In this document: positions 1-6,746 of the stretch, piece after piece
How the letters are laid out: the number at the start of each line of letters is the position of its first letter
Numbering within the stretch: the stretch's first letter is position 1
NCBI GenBank assembly: GCA_018985225.1
Contig: JADGIF010000525.1
Span: 1 to 7,173 of the forward strand
Direction: 5' to 3'
DNA: 7,173 bases
Source: Amoeboradix gromovi X-113
Taxonomy: Eukaryota > Fungi > Sanchytriomycota
Program-made: the position numbers and the translations under genes
Notes under the pieces: model-generated
What the model was told of the DNA's origin: nothing
The model's input: the letters and a program-made list of their open reading frames with translations, nothing else
The model's database searches: none

Positions 1-258
1 AAAGTATTTACTAGTCAGACATGTACAAGGTGTGGTACTCTAAAGAAAACCAATTTGGAGACAAAAGATGCACAAATTGTCATTTGAAGATATATAGAAA
101 TCATATGGCAGCAAGGAACATATACATCAAGTATATGCATCCCTACTCAATCCAGCTTCAGAGCTCTAGCGGCTTCAGTTACTGGTGTAGCAATTCAGCT
201 GACATTTTCAGTTTCCTTTTAGAAGCCATTAATTCTCAGGAAATCAAAAGTTTAAACG
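1..258 (+). mobile_element. Degraded 3' end of a Fanzor/TnpB-family (Fanzor2, IS607-derived-like) element, copy 1; probably continues upstream of the window
   Basis: Frame from nt 7 reads FTSQTCTRCGTLKKTNLE. After a 1-nt frameshift near 61-68 it continues CTNCHLKIYRNHMAARNIYIKY. This is the TS-x2-CxxC...CxxC zinc ribbon plus RuvC-III (R[D]xxAARNI) of TnpB/Fanzor, with the catalytic Asp changed to Asn. It aligns colinearly with 3254-3508 up to a shared AACG end. Confidence 0.85.
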
Positions 259-278
259 TAACGCAATTGTTAATTTTG
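141..278 (+). ncRNA. Putative omegaRNA (scaffold to ~258, then putative guide), copy 1; boundaries approximate
   Basis: Lies at the 3' end of the Fanzor-like ORF, where omegaRNAs are encoded. Small hairpins covary with copy 2 (CTGA-cattt-TCAG at 199-211; CT-tcag-AG at 156-163). Homology stops abruptly after AACG (258). Confidence 0.45.
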
Positions 279-310
279 CTCGTTCTAGTCTCAAAAAACT
301 AAGAAACTGG

Positions 311-330
311 ATTGGCAATAATGCGCCAAT
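311..330. promoter_or_regulatory. Inverted pair of CCAAT boxes upstream of the acyl-CoA dehydrogenase gene
   Basis: ATTGG at 311-315 and CCAAT at 326-330, about 60-80 nt upstream of ATG 389. CCAAT motifs also occur just upstream of two other genes here. Confidence 0.35.
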
Positions 331-388
331 GGTATCTGAAAATTTGAGTTTTGATCGCCTTGAAATAGGATCGTGTTTTTAATTTTTC

Positions 389-1579
389 ATGTTGCGAAGT
401 TTCACTCGAAGAATATCATTCAAACTGAATGAAGACCAGGTTCAAATTCAAGAGCTGGCTCGCACGTTCACTAAACAGCAGATAATTCCAAAAGCGGCAC
501 ACCACGATCAGACTGGTGAATATCCCGTAGAAATTATTAAGGCCGCCTGGGAAAGTGGACTATTGAACACAGACATTCCTAAAGAATACGGTGGACTAGG
601 ACTGGGATTGGTAGACGCCAGTCTTATTAGTGAAGAATTAGCTTTCGGTTGTTCGGGAATCCAGACGGCAATGGAAGCAAACAACTTGGCACAAGCACCA
701 GTTATTTTGGCTGGTAGTCATGAGCAAAAGAAGAAGTATTTAGGAAGAATGGTAGATGCTCCTTTAATGTGTGCGTACTGCGTAACTGAACCTGGGGCTG
801 GATCTGATGTTGCAAACGTGAAAACCACTGCTATTAAAAAAGGCGATCACTTTATCTTAAATGGCAGTAAAATGTGGATTACCAATGGGGGTAAAGCAAA
901 TTGGTATTTTGTATTGGCTCGCACAAATCCTGATCCAAAGGTAAAAGGTCATAAAGCGTTGACTGCATTTATCGTAGATGCTGACTGGCAAGGTGTCTCA
1001 TTTGGCAAAAAGGAAATCAACATGGGACAGCGCGCAAGTGATACACGTGCAGTTAACTTTGAAGATGTCCAGGTTCCGATTGAAAATATGCTGGGAAAGG
1101 AGGGCGAGGGATTCAAAGTTGCTATGGGTGTTTTCGATATGACTAGACCTCTAGTAGCTGCAGGTGCTGTAGGGCTAGCTAAGCGCGCACTTCACGAGGC
1201 TACTGATTATTCTTTGCAGCGCAAAACTATGGGAAAAGTAATTTATGACCACCAAGCAGTTCAATTTTTGTTAGCTGACATGGCCACAGGTGTAGAGGCT
1301 TCTCGTCAGTTGACTAGATTGTCTTGCTGGCAATATGACAATAAGCTGCCAAATACTTATGTCGCATCAATGGCTAAGTGCATGGCTAGCGAAGTTGCTA
1401 ATAAGAACGCAGCTGATGCAGTCCAGATTCATGGTGGAAATGGCTTCAACACTGAATACCCAGTGGAGAAATTGATGAGAGATGCCAAAATCTTTATGAT
1501 ATATGAAGGAACAAGCCAGATTCAAAGAATGATCATTGGCGGCCATTTAAAGTCAAAGTACGAAAATAATCAGTTATAA
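389..1579 (+). CDS. ACADM: Medium-chain acyl-CoA dehydrogenase (MCAD-like), mitochondrial
   Basis: 396 aa with MCAD-typical motifs [63 protein letters not shown] and [10 protein letters not shown] (catalytic Glu). The short Arg-rich N-terminus [11 protein letters not shown] resembles a mitochondrial transit peptide. Confidence 0.95.
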   Translation: MLRSFTRRISFKLNEDQVQIQELARTFTKQQIIPKAAHHDQTGEYPVEIIKAAWESGLLNTDIPKEYGGLGLGLVDASLISEELAFGCSGIQTAMEANNLAQAPVILAGSHEQKKKYLGRMVDAPLMCAYCVTEPGAGSDVANVKTTAIKKGDHFILNGSKMWITNGGKANWYFVLARTNPDPKVKGHKALTAFIVDADWQGVSFGKKEINMGQRASDTRAVNFEDVQVPIENMLGKEGEGFKVAMGVFDMTRPLVAAGAVGLAKRALHEATDYSLQRKTMGKVIYDHQAVQFLLADMATGVEASRQLTRLSCWQYDNKLPNTYVASMAKCMASEVANKNAADAVQIHGGNGFNTEYPVEKLMRDAKIFMIYEGTSQIQRMIIGGHLKSKYENNQL

Positions 1580-1581
1580 CA

Positions 1582-1595
1582 AATAAATGTTTATT
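1582..1595. terminator. Bidirectional polyadenylation-like signal between convergent genes
   Basis: AATAAA on + (1582-1587) and TTTATT (AATAAA on -, 1590-1595) in and next to the 14-bp gap between the two stop codons. Confidence 0.5.
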
Positions 1596-2898
1596 ATGCT
1601 GATATATCCAGGCATCCGCTGCATCTAGGGCAGTTTATATTTTCCATCGGCTGGCTTACCAGTGACTTTTTGTTAGAGTGGAAGTGTAGTCCCATCTCAT
1701 GTCCCTTCTTTATTTGGTATTCAAGTTGTCCAGGGCATTCGTTACTCAACCTATCCACAAAGATTCCCGCAGTAGAGTCCAAATAGGTTCCTGCGCTATC
1801 AGTTAGCAATCCATTTAAAAAGTTGAATACCAAACTCACATCCGCGGTTACAGTAACATCTGCTTGGCCTTTGCTTTCTAATACCTTTACTCTACTCTCG
1901 TGAGGAACCAAATTCAATACGAACCTTTTCATTGGAGCTTGACCAGATGCAGTGGTCAATTCAAAATCAACGTCACCTTCAATACCGAACGCAATGTCCA
2001 TGTTTTTCACTACTTTAACATGCGCTGATGCCCATAGTGAGGCTTCAGGATGCAATTGGAGAACATCTGGAATGTTAATAATTGGAATAATCTTGCTAAT
2101 CAATTTTGTTGCATCAAAATACTTTTCCCATGCTCTTTCTACAGTACTTCTAGTCTCTACTCTAACGTCAAAGTTCATTTCTCCCTTGGCAACCATGTTA
2201 ATGACGCTTTTTATTCCCCTATTTAGTTTTTTTAATCTACCAGTTGCCTTGTATAGGAAACCAAAGTTCAAAAAAGCCCAGCAGTCTTCACAAACAATGT
2301 TAGTTCGCTGATCTCTGTGCATTGGTAGATTCCTCTGGCAGGTGCCATGGGTTTCCTCGTCATAACAAAATGGCAACTGGATGGATTCAAAGTCTTTGTC
2401 CAAGTTTAGTACTCTGGATCTGGTTGACTTTTTGACTAGCTTAGCCACTACCTCAAAATAATCAGCATACTCTTCTGGTTTTGCAGATTCAATATCCATT
2501 TCCACAGTGTTGCCAGACATAGCAACATTGGTTGCAACAAACCACGGTCCACTTCCATCTAGATTGTTTACACACCAATGATGGCCAATAAATATAAACA
2601 TCTTACTTGGCCATACAGTCGGTGCTGTTTCATCAACAGTAGCTGTAATTGTAGAAGTGGTGCATTCAGCATCAACAACCCAAGAAGCGCTATCCAAATT
2701 AACGTTCTTCAGCTGCATGTTAGGGAATTTAATCTTAACATCAACCTTCACGTCATTTACTCGAGATTGAAATCGGCCCAAAAAATCAGAAGAAAGTTTA
2801 TCAGGAAACTCAACAGGTCTAGGCAGCTGCACCGTGTCCCCATGCGCATTGATGATATCATCATATATTTCAGCAAACAACAAAGTTGAGTATAACAT
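1594..2898 (-). CDS. Hypothetical probable secreted protein, beta-rich with Cys motifs (resembles fungal DUF7029/DUF7223-type proteins)
   Basis: 434-aa uninterrupted ORF with a short hydrophobic N-terminus (MLYSTLLFA). The segments VNLD..VVDAEC...W....IFIGHHWC, IVCEDC and C-terminal CPRCSGC are present. The family resemblance is recalled pattern only, not a database hit. Confidence 0.75.
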   Translation of the reverse strand: MLYSTLLFAEIYDDIINAHGDTVQLPRPVEFPDKLSSDFLGRFQSRVNDVKVDVKIKFPNMQLKNVNLDSASWVVDAECTTSTITATVDETAPTVWPSKMFIFIGHHWCVNNLDGSGPWFVATNVAMSGNTVEMDIESAKPEEYADYFEVVAKLVKKSTRSRVLNLDKDFESIQLPFCYDEETHGTCQRNLPMHRDQRTNIVCEDCWAFLNFGFLYKATGRLKKLNRGIKSVINMVAKGEMNFDVRVETRSTVERAWEKYFDATKLISKIIPIINIPDVLQLHPEASLWASAHVKVVKNMDIAFGIEGDVDFELTTASGQAPMKRFVLNLVPHESRVKVLESKGQADVTVTADVSLVFNFLNGLLTDSAGTYLDSTAGIFVDRLSNECPGQLEYQIKKGHEMGLHFHSNKKSLVSQPMENINCPRCSGCLDISA

Positions 2899-3194
2899 TA
2901 TATCTAAAGAGATTGGCTTTTCTTTATATCCAGGTATCCAGAGGCATGATCTGATTTCTACCTATGGCAATGTTAAGAGGGCTGATAAATCCCAATGGCA
3001 GAATTTACTTGGGCCACATAATCATGTATAATGGCGATTTACTTATCCGTGGCAAACCTTATTATTTGCGCAAAAGCAAACGATTGCACTCTAAAATTGA
3101 GCACATGCAATGCTGCATGACACAAAAGTAGACGAACTCTTTAAAACCAGTGGATCTGATGAAGTAGAATATCCCATAATTTGTAATTTATGTT

Positions 3195-3506
3195 ATGTGC
3201 TTGAAGTTCAATTGTAAGCAAAGAGGAAAGACGATAATCGATTGTAATGAATCATTTACTAGTCAGACAAGTACAAGGTGTGGTACTCTGAAGAAAACCA
3301 ATTTAGAAATTTACACCTGTACAAAGTGTCATTTGGAGATAGGTAGAGACCATATGGCAGCAAGGAACATATATATCAAGTATCTGCATCCTTATTCAAT
3401 CCCTCCTCAGGGTAGCGAAAGTGTAAGCAATCACTGTAACGGAGCATCTAGCATTGCTAGTTTCTCTGTGGAAATTCTCAATTTTCTCGGAAATCAGGGC
3501 TTTTAA
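3195..3506 (+). pseudogene. Truncated Fanzor/TnpB nuclease (C-terminal zinc ribbon + RuvC-III fragment, 103 aa)
   Basis: Far shorter than a full TnpB/Fanzor and lacking the RuvC-I Asp region. There is an in-frame stop immediately upstream (3177-3179) and a C->S change in the zinc ribbon. Confidence 0.8.
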
Positions 3507-3508
3507 CG
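3195..3508 (+). mobile_element. Degraded 3' end of a Fanzor/TnpB-family (Fanzor2-like) element, copy 2
   Basis: ORF 3195-3506 reads LKFNCKQRGKTIIDCNESFTSQTSTRCG...CTKCHLEIGRDHMAARNI. It has the Glu just upstream of the zinc ribbon (E-x6-C position) typical of Fanzor/pro-Fanzor, the TS motif and RuvC-III RD. The first zinc Cys is mutated to Ser and the N-terminal WED/REC/RuvC-I region is missing. About 85% nt identity to 6-152. Confidence 0.88.
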
Positions 3509-3528
3509 AGGAGTAACTCAAGTGAAAG
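3390..3528 (+). ncRNA. Putative omegaRNA (scaffold to ~3508, then putative guide), copy 2; boundaries approximate
   Basis: Colinear with 141-258. Hairpins CC-tcag-GG (3405-3412), CTAGC-att-GCTAG (3448-3460) and GGAAATT-ctc-AATTTTC (3470-3486). Ends at the shared TTTTAACG. Confidence 0.45.
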
Positions 3529-3952
3529 TATCCTTTTTGACTTCGGAATCGTCTTTCTCGATGAGTTCATATGCGTCCTCCTTTATAAATAAGATAATGA
3601 ATTATTGATGTTTTCATGAACACATCCACTTTGAACAGAGAGTTAAAATACAGTAAAGGTATTGTGGCCCATGACTCTTCCAATCAAAATGCCATAAACA
3701 ACAATCATTGAAACTTTTCTCTGGCTACATAAGTTTGTTGTATTGGAGGCGAATGCCATTATGCTAGCTTACAGAAATTGTAAAGCTATCGCACTAGCAA
3801 AGCCAGTCAGCATTCTGGTAAAAATGTGGACTCACTTGGTCTAGTCTAGTGTTTAAATTGAATTTTTTTATCAAGGTAGTGAGGTTCAGAAACTGTTCTA
3901 AATCCAAGAGCTACAAGAATACAAAATCAAAATCTTGATTCTAAATAAAGTT

Positions 3953-5173
3953 CTATTTATTCTTTAATTCAGATTCTTTCAGCAGTTGCTTCTGATTTGG
4001 CACATAATACCAGCTAATCTTCAAGTAATCACAGAATTGCACAAACACAGATTCTATGAAGTAAATGTAATAAACAATAAAAAAAGAGCAAAACACTTTA
4101 ATCATTGTCAAGCTCTGTAAATATGTCAAATCTTTATTATACTTCAAAACTAGTCCTAATGATAGAAGCGCCCATATAGCTGATGGTGATGGGTAATGTC
4201 TATTAACAATATATGCTAAAATGACTTGAGTCGTATAGACACTAAAACATAGAGTAGATGTAATTGCTAAAATCCAAAACACTTTCGGGTCCCAACAGAT
4301 ATCAGAAGCTGCAATTAAATATCCAGCAAAAACAAACAAAAATATTGGGTAAGTTTTGAAAAGTGCTGTACCCATACCTTCCTTTCTATGAGGCGTATAG
4401 TACACATTAAAGATACAAGCAGGTACATGCACAATAAAAACAGCTATTCCCATAAAAAATACAAGTACATCCAGTAGAATTAAATCACGATGAACTTGGA
4501 AAAACTCTAAAATTAATTTGGTGCAGAGTTCAAATGGAGAAAGTGCAATTGACCAGAACTCACTCTGGTTAACTATGCTCATTGGAATGAAATAGATTTG
4601 AGGACCCCATATTGCCGAAGCTAAACTGCACAAACTTCCAAGTAACAATCCTTCAGTGGGACCATTTATGTAACCTAAATACAATGTTTTCGTATAATAT
4701 TCTTCCCAACTGCTAAAGTAGAATGGCACAGATGCAATTCCGATTACCCAAATGGTATAGTAAGAATATCCAAGCCCCATACCAGCGGACTGGACTAAAC
4801 CACCTAAGCAACATTGTAACGCATCACATCCATGATCTACAAGTTCTCCTAACGGACTGCTGGTCTTAGTTCTTCTTGCTTGCTTGCCGTCTAGATTGTC
4901 CATCGTAGAGTAAAACCATATACCAACAGCGCAAGCATAACTCAGCCAGGTATATCTACCATCTAGCCCCTCAGCGATATATGTGATAATCAATAAAATT
5001 ATAATCCCCAGTAAACCGATCAAAGTGACTAAATTAGCATGCAGCCAAATAGGTAGATAATTGGCTAGAGGAGTCCAGTAGTATGGATTTAAAATATACC
5101 TTGACAAGGGTGATTTGTCGACAGACGAGTACCTGTAGTTCTTCAAATCAGAAAAGTCCTGCAAATATTCCAT
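3953..5173 (-). CDS. EPT1: Choline/ethanolamine phosphotransferase (CDP-alcohol phosphatidyltransferase, CEPT1/EPT1/CPT1 family)
   Basis: 406-aa multi-pass membrane protein with the signature DNLDGKQARRTKTSSPLGELVDHGCD. It also has the family motifs YRYSSVDKSPLSRYIL, ANLVTLIG and WEEYYTKTLYLGYINGPTEG. Choline versus ethanolamine specificity cannot be resolved. Confidence 0.93.
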   Translation of the reverse strand: MEYLQDFSDLKNYRYSSVDKSPLSRYILNPYYWTPLANYLPIWLHANLVTLIGLLGIIILLIITYIAEGLDGRYTWLSYACAVGIWFYSTMDNLDGKQARRTKTSSPLGELVDHGCDALQCCLGGLVQSAGMGLGYSYYTIWVIGIASVPFYFSSWEEYYTKTLYLGYINGPTEGLLLGSLCSLASAIWGPQIYFIPMSIVNQSEFWSIALSPFELCTKLILEFFQVHRDLILLDVLVFFMGIAVFIVHVPACIFNVYYTPHRKEGMGTALFKTYPIFLFVFAGYLIAASDICWDPKVFWILAITSTLCFSVYTTQVILAYIVNRHYPSPSAIWALLSLGLVLKYNKDLTYLQSLTMIKVFCSFFIVYYIYFIESVFVQFCDYLKISWYYVPNQKQLLKESELKNK

Positions 5174-5505
5174 GAGTTGCGTTTGGAAAAATATATAGAA
5201 GAGAACGGTTAAATAAGTAGTTATATGATACTTAAAAGATATTTACTAAAGCAATGCTTTTTTAATTAATGCCCTTTTGGCTGATGCAAGCCACCACGTC
5301 CACATACCTCTCAGCGAAAGAGTCCTGCAATTGTCGTTGCTGTACTTTTCTTGAAAGTTTTTATTTATGTGGTTGGTTAAATCCTGTGTTCCTGCTTTCC
5401 CGGTAGCTTCAATCACAAATTGGTAAACTTCTCTCGACTTACAGAATTCATCATCCCCTTGTTATTTCGCAAAAAGCTTTTGTACTGACTGCTAATCGCC
5501 AAGTT

Positions 5506-6690
5506 TCAATAACCGACCTTTGAGTAATCAAGCCATCTAGATATGTTACTTTCCCAGCCATCAGTATTCAAGTCTCTGCCAACACTGACATACACAAACT
5601 TGATAAACATCGCACAGACATGTTTATTACCCTTGACAGTCTTTTTGGATATTGCTAATGCATCAATTGCATTCGTTTTAACTGTGTATAAATCCCAATT
5701 ATTTTGCATTGAATGTTTTTGACAGAGTCTAATAAGATCCATCCTGTCAAAGTACTCCTTTGGTTTTTTTATATTGTCAATAAATTGAAGTCTTTTTGAT
5801 TCCGCAAATATGTTAAACAGTCGGCAAAAAATTACACCGTCACATAAGTCAGTGAGAAAATGGCTCAGTATTTGTTCGTCTTGCTCATCTGCTGTACCAC
5901 TCAGATACAATAATGGCAAATGCTTTTTAGTCGCAGGATACTTTTGAGTAATGAAATGATAGCATTTGAGAACCTCGTTGCACACAAACTTGTCTAAAAG
6001 GTGATCATCCATTAGTAGAACTTTAGGTTTTGTTAAAGATATTACTCTCCGATGCTTCAATGGTGTGTAAATCCCATTAGAACTGTTTGAACTTGCAACT
6101 GAGGCTCTCATTAAATCCTCTGGAAATTGTGGCCCCTGCGGTGATTTGATAAATGAAAATGCAGACCTGTCCATAGTTGTTGATATTGAAGGAGGACCTC
6201 TCATTTTGCTTGCAGCTGGGGATTCCGGCTGTAATTTGCTAGGTGATTCTAGTTCCAGATCTTCATTAAGTAAGTACTTGTGTAACTTTACGGAAAACTG
6301 TTGAACTATTAAATAGTTACCGTAAATAAAGCCTAATAGTTTTTCGTGGGATTCAAACTTAGATTGAGTAGCTTCAAGTAATGCTGCTATCATTGTTTTA
6401 ATCTCTTGTAGAATAGCTTTTAACTTCGGAACAACAGCCTTTGGAATTGATTTTTGGTGAGCTTTTATGTATGCCTGAGTCTTCTGCAAAACTGCAGAGA
6501 TTGAAAATGCTAGCATTTGAACATCTAATGATTTCTTATTCATCATCGAGCTTCTAGTATACAACGAATCCCAAGACTCAATCATGAATGTTAAGCTGTC
6601 TAGCAACGCAATCCGTTTTGGGTCCTTTCTCACTTTACTAACATCTTCGACAGGATTAGATTTTGGCTTCATAGATGATTTCTTGAACAT
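5506..6690 (-). CDS. Hypothetical protein: N-terminal helical region, Ser/Pro-rich linker, C-terminal calponin-homology-like domain
   Basis: 394-aa ORF. FLTDLCDGVIFCRLFN matches the CH-domain core pattern DLxDGxxLCxLxN. The low-complexity linker contains several SP/TP sites. Confidence 0.7.
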   Translation of the reverse strand: MFKKSSMKPKSNPVEDVSKVRKDPKRIALLDSLTFMIESWDSLYTRSSMMNKKSLDVQMLAFSISAVLQKTQAYIKAHQKSIPKAVVPKLKAILQEIKTMIAALLEATQSKFESHEKLLGFIYGNYLIVQQFSVKLHKYLLNEDLELESPSKLQPESPAASKMRGPPSISTTMDRSAFSFIKSPQGPQFPEDLMRASVASSNSSNGIYTPLKHRRVISLTKPKVLLMDDHLLDKFVCNEVLKCYHFITQKYPATKKHLPLLYLSGTADEQDEQILSHFLTDLCDGVIFCRLFNIFAESKRLQFIDNIKKPKEYFDRMDLIRLCQKHSMQNNWDLYTVKTNAIDALAISKKTVKGNKHVCAMFIKFVYVSVGRDLNTDGWESNISRWLDYSKVGY

Positions 6691-6706
6691 TTGATTTTAG
6701 GATAGT

Positions 6707-6746
6707 ATTGGTTATATTACTATTCAGACCAATCACACTTGCCAAT
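6707..6746. promoter_or_regulatory. Cluster of three CCAAT boxes immediately upstream of the 5506-6690 gene
   Basis: ATTGG at 6707-6711, CCAAT at 6729-6733 and 6742-6746 (both CCAATCA), all within 60 nt of the ATG at 6690. Confidence 0.4.

Noticed and set aside
21-302. 93-aa ORF as a genuine gene
   Set aside because: Its first ~16 residues are the wrong frame of the Fanzor zinc-ribbon region. It exists only because of a 1-nt frameshift in a pseudogene.
1-302. Copy 1 as a domesticated nuclease-dead (TldR-like) regulator because of RuvC D->N
   Set aside because: The frameshift inside the zinc ribbon points to decay rather than domestication, unless it is a sequencing error. The upstream part is outside the window.
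1952-2311. 119-aa + strand ORF
   Set aside because: Antisense shadow fully inside the 434-aa gene, with no recognisable motifs.
2578-3031. 103-aa and 65-aa + strand ORFs
   Set aside because: They overlap the 434-aa gene antisense and show no protein-family features.
3765-3788. Hairpin TAGCTTACA-gaaat-TGTAAAGCTA
   Set aside because: A single imperfect inverted repeat with no counterpart near copy 1 and no supporting context; plausible by chance.
389-5173. Lipid-metabolism gene cluster (ACADM + EPT1)
   Set aside because: Different pathways and compartments, separated by unrelated sequence. Adjacency alone is not evidence.
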